A DNA stretch of 64,000 nucleotides, taken from Spizellomyces punctatus DAOM BR117 (Eukaryota). Below are positions 50,359 to 63,612 of this stretch, one piece after another. Made by a program: the position numbers and the translations under genes. The stretch lies in assembly GCA_000182565.2 (NCBI GenBank), contig KQ257459.1, one strand, 5' to 3'. Every line of letters begins with the position of its first letter. Position 1 is the stretch's first letter. Under the pieces are notes generated by a model. That model saw nothing but the letters and a program-made list of their open reading frames with translations, was not told where the DNA came from and ran no database searches.

Positions 50359-51548
50359 TGAAGACGCGGTTAGCACGGGTTGACCAAGAGTTCAAACGGG
50401 CTGAGGTGTTGGCGGTCCGGGCGGTGGATGGGGGAGAGCACAAGCGTTCGGCTGCGGCGGCGCCTCGCGGGAAGATGGCGAACTCGAGCACGTTGCCTAG
50501 AAAAAAACGGTCAGGAAATGCTGCGAGAAAGGAGTCCCGGTTGCTTTACTCACATTTCATAGTTTCGCTCCACATGGCTGGAGTTTGAAATACGAATTAA
50601 CGTAGTGTTCGTGGGCTGTGCGAAGGCGGTTGTAAAGACTTCAACTTACCGACTTCACCCCCAATAACGTTTGCCTTCGCAGGAGCAGACAGTTCACCGG
50701 TCGGATCATAATCGTAAACGGTTTCCCAGGTTTTGAAAGGAGCACACCAAGTGGCTTGAGGGCCACAGTCCAGATAGAAGCTGAGTAGCAAGAAGTGAGT
50801 TTACGGTTGATTGTGGAATGCGATATTGCGGATGACTTACTTCGAGGACGATGCTACCACAATCGGGCCAACGATTGCGACCCTCTCCAGGTCTGCTTGT
50901 GTGGTTGTCTGCAAGAGTGTATCCCCCCAGTGAGTGAGATGGTTACAGAAGAATCCATTTCTTTTCGCTCATACCTGCCACGCAATGCTGATGGCATCCT
51001 TGGGCAAGGCAGGAGTTCCTGCCAGCCCGTACTGAAGGATGGTCTCATCCCACACGAGCATCCGGCGGTTGCTCTTCTTTACGATGTCAGCGATCCGAGT
51101 CTGGAAGGCCTGCATGGTTTGTTGAAAACCAGTTGCATTTCCGTTCAGGCCCCACGACTTCTCATTGACCTCGTCCGCTCCTGTGCCGAGGTAAGGGCTG
51201 GGGAACCACCTATTTACATAGATAGCAGTTCCGTGAGTTTTTCCGCTAGCGACGCACCCGCTCTCATTCGTGTCCTTACTTGGTCATGTCGGACAGGAAT
51301 TGGTCGATCAACTAGTAAGTACGTTCCATCGAGGGGTTTACCTGACCGCAGAGAGGCTGGTTGCACCAGCGATCGACCTAAATGAACGGCCAATACGAGT
51401 TCGTTTACAAGCAAATGCCGTCTCGTCTCTTGTTCATATTTGGTACATACCCAGAGGCAGTTGCATTGTCCAGTTGCGGGATCCTGCCCGTCCCAACATT
51501 CATGGTTCGCCGCCATCATAACCTCAGGGTAAGCATTTGCCCAAACCT
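50336..51548 (-). pseudogene. GH20 beta-N-acetylhexosaminidase pseudogene, C-terminal half
   Basis: WANAYPEV, CGQVNP, in-frame TAG at 51312-51314, GTGADEVN (the GGDE motif position), LVWDE, FYLDCG..PFKTWETVYDYDP..VIGGEV, MWSE, IFPRGAAAAERL. No upstream exons recognised. Confidence 0.82.
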
Positions 51549-52987
51549 GTGAGTCAAGAAAACAATTAGCGAAAGTGCATTTTCTGGTACATGACTTGTT
51601 CATGGGAGGAACATTTCTGTGGGCTTCTTTCTATTTTGATGTAAGTTTACGATTTCTTTGTTTACATTGCAGATATTTGAAATCTGTGCGCAAGACGTTC
51701 TTACTGTTTGGACAAGCGGTATATAAACATCGTGAGATGCTTACACATGACCCTCCTCGCATACCCTTCTGAAATCCACTATATCGTTCTATACCTCACG
51801 TCCCATTCCCAAATGCTACAAAGTGGCAAGTTTCTGGTTGGGGTTCGTTAAAACCCAAAAGCCTCCCTCGTTGACCAATTTTGCGGTACTAATCACATTG
51901 GGTCTATCTGGGGCTTTGGTGTTTTGGTCTTCTTTGGTTAGTGAATGACACACTAGCCTTGCCCTCTAGTTCCGAAATGAGACAAAGTCGCTATTTAGAG
52001 TCATTTAGAACAAACCCCCGTATTTATTGGGCTTTTTGTTCGATATACGCGAATCGCAGGCGAATCCAGTGGGAATCGACTAGGGAACGTCTTTTTGGGA
52101 AGTCTGGTGTCCCGAGGTTTGGCTTGGGTTAGGGCTAAGGGCTTGCAATGGAATAATGAACCCCCCCATTTTAGTTGGACTGTCAAATGGCTTTTCTACT
52201 CTCATGTGAACCATGTTTTGTTGGAAATCGCCTTTCGATTCGTTATACCACGGGCTTGAACATTTCCAAACCCCCATTGCTGAGTAACAATGAATATTCA
52301 CGTGGCTTTGAGAGTTAACTCCAGCTGCAAGTTATTTACAACCATCAAGCCTGACCTGTCAAAACTCGCCCGAAAGAGAAAAAAAAAAAGCTTCCTTGTA
52401 GTATCAAATGTAATCGGTGGGAAATGCTTTTATTATTGGCGTAGTAAGAAGGTCTTGTTACCCCTCCTCCAACCCTAGGAGGGCGATTTCCTTTACATAC
52501 AAAACGCAAATTGGGGAGTCTGTCGTGGAAGCTTTTTATTTAGGGCTCTATATATATGCAGAGCTATCTTGGAAGCTACCGCACAAAACGACCATTGAAC
52601 CAAAGGAGGGGGGTACTTCAACGTATTCATCTTTTACCCATCCAAAAGCGCATCCATTCCGTTGGTACTCTTCATTTCTCTCTTTTCCCAACGGCGATTC
52701 TATACGCTTTATTCGCTTCCATAGGGTCTTGATCAGTTTCGACCAAAAACCAAAAGAAAAGGGAAAAAAAGGGGGGTAGTAGCAATCAAGTAGACTCGTA
52801 GTCTACTTGGTTCTCATCTACCCAGTTTTTTCCCACTCATTCCATAGAGGAATGTGCATCAGTCTATCAAGGGAGTGGTTCTCCTTTTATGTTGCGTCTT
52901 GGAGTGATTCTCCAGGTAACTTTTTCTTCGACTCGTCGCGATTTATTTTCTTGTCCGTCCAAGCTCGGTGTGTAGGGAGGTTTTGCC

Positions 52988-54644
52988 ATGGTGGCGGCAT
53001 TACAGTCTTTCGAGTCTTTTTGGGGTGAGTCTGTCTTTCTTTTAGAGTAGTAGTATTTTTTTTATTGCAAACATCTCTTACCATTTCTGAAAAAGGTCAA
53101 GTCGCCGATAATGCCGATGCGACATTATTGTTTATCCTCGCGCATGAAGGCAAGATCCCCGTCCTTCGTAAACGACCCAGCGCCGAAGAAAAGCGGCGGA
53201 TTCGAGCGGGATCCGTGATTCTCTATAACGAGGTCGATGCACATATCAAGCGATGGTACGAACCCTCTCACTTATTTTTCAAAGCCTTTTTTTTTCTCAT
53301 GGGTTTGGATAGGACCGATGGACGACGCTGGTCTCCCAGTCGCGTAAGTATACAGTGAATTTCTCCAATGCCCGCTCAACATCATTAATGCCCCCCTATA
53401 GGTCCGTAACCGGTTCATCGAATACGATGAATCCGATGGAAAATTGGATCGAAGGACCAATAACCAGTATCGTGATAAAGGTTTCAAAACTGTTATTCAT
53501 AACGGAAAGGAGGCTGTCATTAATAGCAAGGTATACTGCAATGCTTTTTGATTGTGAATCAAATGGTAATGTCAAGCGAACTTCTTAATTGTTTTTTGGG
53601 ATGCATAGGGTGGGTATATCAAGTTCAGGGACAGAATTCCGCTAACAAAGAGGACGGCCTCTGCCAAAATGAATGGGTAAGGAATCTCCGTGCAGGAACG
53701 GTCTTATTGAAAAAGAAATCTCAGCATGGGCTTGCTAAAAATCCATCTCACTTTTCAAACAGATCCGTATGGCACCTTGTGAGTTATTACACCAAGATCG
53801 ATCTCCGCAGGTTGGATACCCCCCTTCTATTCCATCATCCCCTTTTCAAACAGCTAAAGAAATACACTCTAAAAACCACAATGACCAACATAGGCTTCCA
53901 CGACCGCCCATCATGGACCACTTTGACACATGGAACACGATCACATCCAAAGGCCTCCCTTTTGAATTCGTCCTGGACGAAACAGACCCAAAACCCACCT
54001 TGACAGATTCCGACGACGACCACCCATCAGGAAGTTCCCAGTACTTTGCAGATTGTTCAGATAATGAAATGGACGAACCCATATCCCCCATTTTCCAACC
54101 CGGAGAAACAATCCAAACATCTCTTCCGGACATTGACACAGATTCGCTTCCGTTAGGCGATGCAACTAAAATGGGGGACTTGTTATGGCCCTATGGTGGA
54201 TACGAATCCCTCCTCCAAGCCACTTTTCCGTTTACATTGCCAGAACCCTACATGGATCCCAACGCAACCCTTCCACCAACATTAACATCCACCGATTCAT
54301 GCATCTGTCCACACTGCACGGCGCATACACTGGACACCTCGGAATTCCTCACTTTTGACACACAACCTCTTGTCATCGACGATACCATTCAAAGCAACAT
54401 GCTCCTAACAGCACCCATCAACCCAGCGACACTCATCTGGAACCGCCCAAACCCCACTAAAGAAAAAAAGGATGCAACAAAAGAGGAAGGGTCTACAAAA
54501 ACCATGAGTGTGGGTATTCCCCAGAAACGCCCCTACAAGGACACGACGGACATGAACGACGACCAAGAATGGTATACGAAAAAGATGACATTCGAGGTAT
54601 ATATATCCGGCTTCATGCACCTTTTGTTGTCGCAAAAGCAGTGA
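52988..54644 (+). CDS. Gti1/Pac2 (WOPR) family transcription factor (multi-exon, 3' end uncertain)
   Basis: RKRPSAEEKRRIRAGSVILYNE..IKRW / TDGRRWSPSR and WHLVSYY across short exons. The WOPR frame stops at 54003, while another frame stays open to 54644. Confidence 0.75.
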
Positions 54645-55290
54645 TTTGTTTTTTGTGTTTTATAGAATTGGCGGCCCATCGTTGCTACCATCTCCTTTTC
54701 ATAAGGAAACGAAACAAAAACCCATTGGACAATTCATTTGGCAAAAAAAAACCAAACAAAAAGGCCATGGTGTATCGACATTTTCTTTGTTGTCCAGCAG
54801 AGAGCCCCCATTCAAAAAATGCAAACACACGAGAACGTTTTTTTCAAAACAAAGAAAAGGTCCTAAAAGACGACCCAATTCTTTTGAAAGGTGCGTTTGA
54901 CCACCACACTTGTGGAAATGGTGAGAAAAAAAAGGGCTTTTGTGTATCACCTTTATGGCGTAGCCGGGGTTGACATAGGTTTTTGGGTTGTTGAAGAGAC
55001 AGTGGGATGTGTTCCAACGTGATGTACAGAATAGCTTTTAGGTTCATTGGAAATAAAAAGCGAAAAAAAAAAAACGTTTTTGGCAAGGTGGTGCATCATG
55101 GGCTGCGTTCATTCCTCCAATGAAAGCAAGAACGCATCGTTATGCTATTGCATGATCAAACAATCCAATACGAAAACAATGAAGATACATGGACATTACG
55201 GCGACATGTGCATATCCAACATTCAATGACACCAAATAACAAAACTCTTGGAAAAAAAACCCATATATTCATCTAAGACACAAAACACAT

Positions 55291-57111
55291 CTATCCTCTC
55301 TTTTGCCGTTCTCCAACAATAACCGTCACCTCCTTGATCATAGCGGGGTATTCTTTAGAACTAATCGCCGAATCATGATCACTATCAGCCTTGTCCAATA
55401 TCCGATTCGCATAGAGATCAATCTACCGCACAACACGAGTATGAATTACATGTATCACTGGTACATTGAACACTCCTTCTTACCATTGTTTCATATTCGT
55501 TCGCAGGATCCACTTGCGGTGCGGGAGCTGGGACAATGGAGTGAAGGGCTTCGCGGAGTTCCGAGGGATCCAAAACTCCGTTTCCGTCTTTATCGAATGC
55601 AGAAAACGAGTCTCGCATGTCGAGGTAGCCGTAGAAATCTGTTATACCCCGCCGAAGAATACCAAGGAACACAAATGTCACTGCGCCCCAATAACTTTTA
55701 GTTTGAATGCCACAAAGATAAACGTATGAGAGGTACATACAACAAAAATGCGGCCCAATTCGCAGAAAATGTGTCGTAAATCCTTTGTAGAACGCCGTCA
55801 ACCCTTCATTTTTTGCAATCTTTTTGATGGCGTCCAGTCCGTTTGCGTATATGACACCCTTTCCGTTTTGGTAAGGTTGATTATAGTACCGGGTTCGTGT
55901 CACGTCGATGGGGTTCATACATATACTAATCCTGGGTGTCAGAAACAAGATCCGAAGGCCGGCGAGAAGAAGTACGTACCAACTCACAACACCACTCGCT
56001 AATCCGCACACCATATCCAACCACGCATTGTCGGCCCATTTGCGTTCGCTGATCAAGTGGTCTTTCATCATAGAGTAGGCAGCCAGATTAGAGCCGCTAC
56101 CAAAAACGGAGCGGCCCATGCTGAGCACGGAGCCGCGATACAGGCCTCGGAAGCCGTCTTCTTTCCAAATGGTTCGTAGGGCGTCCCATGTGCCGTTGTA
56201 GCTGAGTATCATACGTGAGAAGTAGCTCAACTAGCAGCAAACAACAAGCGTTTAATTACGTACTTGTGCTGATGCCCTACAGCAATCTTTCCTTTTGCCG
56301 CCGACTGCAATCTACAGCACCAAAGTCAGCTCCCCATCATCAGCTGTCATAAACCTTCAATGCTCCTCATCTCACCTTGTCTTGACCAACTCGAACGGAT
56401 TACACGACACCGCACCCATCACCCCACAAATCGATCCAGCAATCATGCGCTTCCATCCCGGTGCTTTCCCCTGTGCCGGATCATGGAGGGTGTTCATGAT
56501 GGGATCAAACATGCCCTAATCATATGATGAGATCCAGCTAAAGGGTGCGTCGAGTGTGGATGAAACACGTACTATTCGAAATAGGTTTTTAGAACCTTCC
56601 CGCAAAACAGCTGGTGTCAATCCCTTTTGCAACCCTTTGATTCCTTCATTTATGTAGATTTTGTAGATGGTGTCAAAGCTGTTTTTGTAAACCTGTAAAA
56701 GGGTCATTAAATCTTATCAATATCCGACACATCAGGTATACATACCACCTGCGCTTCAGCAGCAGCAGTCGCTCCAGCTTTTTGGGCCTGTCGAAGACGT
56801 TCGCCTTGGAGTTGTAGTCGGACTCTAGTATGTATGTGAGTGGGAATTCACCGCAAAAGAAGCTTGATCAGGGATACTCACTTTGCAGTATCAAAAGGAT
56901 TTGTAAACACCACCGCACCTGGGTTCAGATAAATTAAAAAATAATTTAATATACAGCCTTTAAGCCAAGATCATTCACAGTACATACCAGCAGGAGCCAT
57001 AGCTGATATCGCAAAACTCTCAAATGCACCCAACGCCCTCGGTTTCCCTCGTTGGGGGTACAGCCCGGGTATCGCGAGTTGAGGTTTGGATGATGCACCC
57101 GTTACAGACAT
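55291..57111 (-). CDS. Mitochondrial carrier (OAC1/SLC25A34-35-like) with C-terminal EF-hand pair (multi-exon)
   Basis: FTNPFDTAK..LQLQGE, EGIKGLQKGL, NPFELVKTR, AVGHQH, NPIDVTRTRYYNQ, FYKGFTTHFLRIGPH, followed by DKDGNGVLDPSE and DSDHDSAISSKE. Confidence 0.85.
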
Positions 57112-58605
57112 TGTGTACGCGTTGTAAATAGTTCAGGAATAGAGTAAAATGTCCACTTGTGACGGACTCGAAAAAAGGTTTTTCTCAGCGTGCAATGTCG
57201 TTTTGGATGACTGCCGCGCAATGATGCCTTGAACTTGCAAAAGAACTGGGGGTCCCAAACAATGATGTAAGTCATCCTGCACAAGACCACCAACATCATC
57301 ACTTGCCATGATACCCACCACCACCGTTCAAAAGTCACCACCACGCACAATAAAAAATGTCCGCTATCCCAGTCGTTTTGCCAACTTGTACTTTTGAACC
57401 AAGGGTCCGTCCGTCACGCAACTGGCAAAAGGCAGAAGGAAGGAGGGGGTCAACAAATGTGGGTTGTGCCATAAAAGGAATTATTATGGTTTATGTAAGC
57501 GTGGCTTGGAACTTGCACGTTGCTTTGCCAAAAGGTGCCATGCTGCTCTGGTTTTATGAAGCTTTGTGGCCATGTTGCGGATAAGATCGAGTTGAATTAG
57601 GGGGGAATAAGTGTGAAGGGAACACTCCTTGAAACAGGGCATTTGGAAAGATGTCGTTATTTCGTCAGCCATGCAGGCGATGTGGAATCACCCACTTCTC
57701 CAGACGGCAGTGTATCGGGGCTTTAACTATGCAGACATGCATTTACTCCAATCAGTGGGATACAAATAATGGGATTCTGCGTACTGAAGGGCGCTACGTT
57801 ACAGCGTTGCTTTTGTTAGAGATGACGAATATTTGGCAACACTCAGTGATTGCATATTAACGAAACGACAGAGTTTTCCAGAGATTGAGCACAATCCACT
57901 TTTAGCAATCCCCTCGCAAGCGCTACATCACCTAGATGATTGCGCTGGGACTAGTGTATAGTGTATGGTAGAGCAACTGCTATTGGGTGGGTACCAAGTG
58001 CCCCTCAACACAATGCACTAGCGTTGGCCACATGCCACATGTGCGCAATGTTCTACCTGTATCATTATCCATCATCTAGTTTAGATTCTTGGATGCTGGT
58101 TATAAGAATGGTAAGAGGGAAAGATTGCTTTGATAATTAGATTCATACATCGTCATTCATCATTCTTGTCGTACTCTTGAGATAGGAGTGCTAATGTGCG
58201 TTAATGCCATCAAAAGATCAAGAGCAACTGCAAAAAAGTCGAGAGTTCAAATCCGGCTGCACGCAAAACTTTTGGAAATTTTCAATTTTTTTGTCAAATG
58301 GCTGAGTATATACTGAAAACGAACGCGAGGCTGAGCTGGCTTTTGGGAGCGTCCTTTTGCAAGCAAGTGTGAGGCTGTTTTGGTTGAAAGCACTGCCTCC
58401 TCTCTCTGGTTCACCTCCATTGGACCGTTTCAACCTACTTCGCCTTTTGACGCCTTTTAAGGGGTTCATGTACATAGCAAACTACTATTATATAGTGTAT
58501 GTAGGAGTAGGAGAGATCTTTCGACATTTGAATTTCATGGGCATTATCAAAGACGAATAGTTTGGACGTGAACAAGCCCCCCACCTTCAACCTCGCACTC
58601 TCCAC

Positions 58606-61134
58606 ATGGTTTCCTTCACGATTGCCGTATTGGCGGCTTTGGCATCGAGTGCAGTTCTCACAGGTTCGCGCTACTTACTCACTTGCTGCATCTAGTCATG
58701 TTCTGACCAACCTGCGGCAGGCCCGGCATCCTGTTCTACATCACCACCCATTACACCGTCAACTAACCCTCAGCACCATGTCCATCTTACTACGCGAAAC
58801 GAAGAGTACCAACCCCTTATTACCCTAGACTTTCCCCACTCGCTTGGATACGACAGAATAAAAGCATGGATGGATCCGAGAGTGCATCCCTGTGAGGACT
58901 TTTATATGCATGCCTGTGGTGGCTTTATAGATCGATATCAAAAGATTCATGGGGCGGACGTGCTAGAGTTGATGCAAAGGAGCAATTCGGTGAGTGGGAC
59001 TAGCGCATCAGGCGGGTCGCCGTTCGTCACATCGGCTAATATTCACATTTGATGGCTAGCTATTAATGGAGAGTATCCTAAACCAAACCTCGGACGCCTT
59101 GGGCAAGACACCCCTCGACAGACAGCTTTTTGACAAAACTCGAGCATACTACGACTCATGTCGAAACGTTCACGCAGTTCAACAGCGAGGCTTTGGACCT
59201 ATCATCTCTTATGGTTACGAAATTGTGGAAAACTGTGAACGACACATGTCATTACCTGCTCTATTTGGGGAGCTTCACCAGGATGGGGTGTATGCTCTCT
59301 TCAAGACAGCGTACACCAAGGTCGAGAATAATGATCCCAAAGATCTTCGCTTGCAGTTCTACCCTGCTCCTGCCTATCAGGTCGGGCCCGACACTGTAAA
59401 AAAAGTTCTACAACCTTTTGTCCATCACGGGATCTTGCGATTACCCCATGATGCTGACTTGGAGAAGATTGCGGTGTGGATTTCCGGTTTGGAAGCAGAG
59501 ATGGCAAAGTTTATTGAAGCACTCAAGTAAGTACATTCGTCCGACTTGAACACGGGGTTTCTTTCTAAGGACTTTCTTTGCAGCAATGGTCAAGAGGCGG
59601 GCGAAGGTCTGGATCCAACCCAGTTCCTTACCATGGAAGAACTCAATTCGCGAACCTCTCTGGACTGGCGACAGTACGTGGGTCCCCTCCATATGAGTGG
59701 GGCACATAAAGTCTACTTTTGGGGCGACACCGATATCTGGATAGATACGATCAATGCTCTTACACGTTACGACCCCAAAGACCTAAAGTACTACTTCATA
59801 TGGCGATTGGGCGTTTCGCACTTCAACAAGCTCTCGGAGGATTACTACCGGATCTGGGCAGCAGACTTGAAACCTCGGGCAGTTCACTCTGTGTATGATG
59901 ACCCAAATGACCAAAGCGATATGTTTCAGAATGACTGTGTCACGGAGACAGGCGTTCAGTTGAGCTATTTATCTGGTCATTTATTCGTGAAGTACGCTTT
60001 CAACAGTAAGTACCGACAGTGATAACGTGACATTGAAAGTGAACGCGCAATGAACATATCTTTCAATTCACAGCTACACAGAAACATGCTGCCACCATTT
60101 TGGTGAACGAACTGATTGATTCATTTGGTGGCAAACTACGCACCCTTGGTTGGATGGACGAAGATACTAAAAAGGCGGCGATTGCCAAATTGGACAATAT
60201 GATTGAAATTGTTGGCTATCCGGAATGGCTAGCCGATCCGCAAATTGTCGCTGACTATTATTCGCCCGTCCACTTCAACCGAGACACCTATTTTGAGAAT
60301 GCCGTCCAAGCCCAAGTCTTTGCTCTCTTCGCACCGTCTATCCACCAAGTAGGGCAAAGCTTCCGACGGGATACATTATACTTTGGATACCCGTGGCAGC
60401 TGAACGCATTCCATTTAACCGACTACGTTCAAATTCAAATCAACCCTGGTATCCTTCAACGTCCTTTGTTCTCCGCCAAGAATCCGCGATCGATGAATTA
60501 TGGATCTCTTGGGATGATCATTGGACATGAAATCACGCACGGATTTGATTCAACCGGGTACAAGCTCAACAAGGACGGCGAACGTAAACCATGGTGGACA
60601 CAACATTCCATGAAAATGTTTGAGGAGGGCGCAAAGTGTTTTGTGGACCAGTATAACCGATATGCGGTGAAGTTTTCTGATGGATCCTTGGGCAAAGTAG
60701 ATGGAAAGCAGACTATAAGTGAAAATATTGCCGATAATGGAGGATTGGATGTGGCGCTCACGGCATGGAAGACGGCAGAGGCTAAAGCAAAGAAGGACTT
60801 CAATCCACGAGAAGAGGAGGAAGGATTTGGTGGATTGACCAAAGAGCAAGTCTTCTTCTTGTCTTTTGGACAGACATGGTGTACGGCCAAAGATGATTCC
60901 ATGACAAGATACCTGGTACGCTTGAGTGCTTGTCCGTATTCGGAGACATGAGAGCAATTACTTACTGTTTTCTTGCTTTTCGATTTGTAGCTCGAGAATG
61001 ATGTTCACGCACCAAATGCAGTTCGTGTGAATGGGGTTTTACATAACTCTCCCGAGTTTGTCAAGGCTTTTGGGTGTCGGGTGGGATCTCCAATGAACCC
61101 TAGGGGAGATGAAGGAAGATGCTTCTTGTATTGA
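58606..61134 (+). CDS. M13 (neprilysin/ECE-family) zinc metallopeptidase, probably secreted (multi-exon)
   Basis: PCEDFYMHACG, LNAF, GHEITHGFD (HExxH), ENIADNGG, HAPNAVRVNG, AFGC..GSPMNP. The signal-peptide-like first exon start is tentative. Confidence 0.92.
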
Positions 61135-61258
61135 TTTTTTTTATATATACCAACTTGCATGGACTTAACAGTTGCATAAATATAAATAGCAAGGTAGCAA
61201 AAGGTTCGTGAGGTCCATCTTATTTTAGTGTACTCTTATTATTTCAGGAAACATTGTC

Positions 61259-62035
61259 CTATACGTCAGAGTAGAGATTATACTCTGGCCACGGAAATAC
61301 ATGACTCTTACGCTCCTCTTCCGCCAAGGCAGCCAACTTCCTCATTGCTGGTGTGTTTAGCACGGTCTGCATGTAGTCTGCAATAACCGCATCCCTCGGT
61401 TCGACGCCATAAGTCTGAAACCTCAAAACTACGGGAACATACATTGCATCTGCAATCGTAAAAGACCCATACAGATATCCCTCGTCGGCTCCTGCTCCTG
61501 CGCCACTGACTGTACGGTCTCTACATGCTCTCCACACATCAAATATCCGCTGAATTTCGCTTTGCACATCTGGCGACCACGTGATCTTCCCGGGTGCTAT
61601 CCTCCGGCCCCAATCCATGCTCATTGCCTTCCTCAACGCAAGAAACCCACCATGCATTTCAGCTGCGACAAATCGAGCATGCGCTCTGTCGAGAGGATCA
61701 GTTGGCCACATGGATGGTGTGCTTTCTGCAAAGGTCTCGAGGATGGCAAGACTTTCACCTATGAGGAGGCTACCCGATTCAGAGTTGATCTCAAGGAGTG
61801 GTAATAATCCGGTAGGAGATAGAGCTTCCGAAAAGTCAGATGCAATGTCCATATTTAAGCTACGTTATATGAATTGCTGTTTACCTTTGTAGGTTGCATA
61901 GGATTGAGGGTCTTCTTTGTAATATGTAATGATTTCACATGGAATGTTGCAATGTTCGACAGCGATCCTCGCACGCAGAGACCAGGAGGAATAGTTGAGG
62001 TTGAGAAGGTGAAGCTTAAAGATCTTGTTAGACAT
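61259..62035 (-). CDS. Glutathione S-transferase (NYSSWSLR type, 2 exons)
   Basis: NLNYSSWSLRA, SPTGLLPLL, ESLAILE, AEMHGGF, YGSFTIADAMYVPVVLRFQTY. Confidence 0.9.
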
Positions 62036-62257
62036 GTTGGCTGTCCAAAATATTGCAAATTGATGCAAAGAAGGGAAGCGAAAGGAACTTGTCTTTTAAT
62101 ACTTGTAAGGAGGTCGACAAGTGGGGAAGTGAAGCTGAGTTTATTATTTATTTATACTTGAATGACTCATCAAACGATAAGGGCAATAATGGCGCGTGTT
62201 CAATATCCACGGTCACAGCAGTGTTCTCCAGACTGAGCGACGACCACCACGTCTGCC

Positions 62258-63612
62258 ATGGGGCTGTTTGACAATCTTCCTCCGCCTGTGCATACAACTC
62301 CACCACCAGCGGCAACCACATCTAGCCTCTTTGGGTCTCTTCCACCGGCATCATCTCAGAAACGAAAGGCCTCTTCCGAGCTCTCGCCCAATGAGCCAAC
62401 AGCTAAACGTCCGTCCAGTGGAGCAACTTGCGAGCTTACTCCACAGCAAGCCAACAGTCTTCCTTCCGTAAAGGGTCACGCATGTACCTGTAAAGGGCGG
62501 AGAGAGTACCAACAGGACCGATTCGTGTCTTTTGACGCCGACTGTGAGGAATTGACGGCTCTGCTAAAGGCACCCTTGGTGGTTGCAGAGAAGGAAACAC
62601 AGTCAAGAACAACGTCGTGGTTCACCCGCATTGCATATTATGGTGTTTTTGATGGACATGGTGGATCCCTTGTGTCTACATTCTGTGAACAACACCTACA
62701 CCAACATCTGATCAAGTTCCTCTCGCGACCACCCCCAATGGTCCCCACCGAATCCACTGAAACCAAAACCGGGAAAAGAAAAGAATCCCCAACGGCCGCT
62801 ACCATTCGCTCTTGCGTTCTTGATGCTTTTAAAGCGTGCGATGGAGAGATTCTTTCGACTTGGCCTGAAGGACGGGACGGGGCGGTGGGAATCATAGCTC
62901 TTGTGGTGGACGAGTGGATTTGTATTGCGTGGCTAGGGGATTGCAAAGGCGTTTGGTGTAAGAAGGATGAGAAGAGTGGGTGGACGGCCGTGTGTTTGAC
63001 AAGGGATCATATACCAACAGTGTGGGAGGAGAGAAGGCGAATTCAAAAAGGTTCGATTGAACTCTTTCTGTTTTGATCTCTGACCGCTTTTATTGACTTG
63101 TTTCCACATTCAGCTGGAGGATACGTTAAAGATGGTCGTGTACTTGGTAGCTTGGAGGTAACACCCTTCTGGGGAAATAACCGGCATGGTCCTGCACGGA
63201 CGAATGGCAAATAGGCCCGAACATCCTCTGTAATGCAATATTACTAACATCTCTCCCTATTCTGCTTGTGGGTATGCTCATCTTCTAGGTGTCCCGCGCT
63301 TTCGGTGATGCTCGCTTCAAGCGGTACGGCGTAATATCTACACCTGATATCATAGCCAGACCACTGTCCCCTGGTGTACTGATCCTTGCATGTGATGGAG
63401 TGTGGAAGGCATTAACGGTAGATCAGGTGAGAAATATTGTTGAAGATGAGTTTGGGAGAGACGATAAAGTACCTTGGGGTGAGCGGGCTGCAGAAGCGGT
63501 GGTGAAAGAGGCTGTTGTAAAGGGTGCTGATGACAATGTGACGGTGATCGTCATTGTCATTGGGATGAACGGTGACGAGCAGAACGGATGCGCGTCAACT
63601 ATAGTCAAATAA
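62258..63612 (+). CDS. PP2C-family Ser/Thr phosphatase (ILKAP-like, multi-exon)
   Basis: GRREYQQD, YGVFDGHGG, AWLGDC, LTRDH, GRVLGSLEVSRAFGD, LILACDGVW, GADDNVTV. Confidence 0.92.

Noticed and set aside
52116-52145. Interstitial telomere-like GGTTTGGCTTGGGTTAGGGCTAAGGG
   Set aside because: Only one perfect TTAGGG unit, which is compatible with chance.
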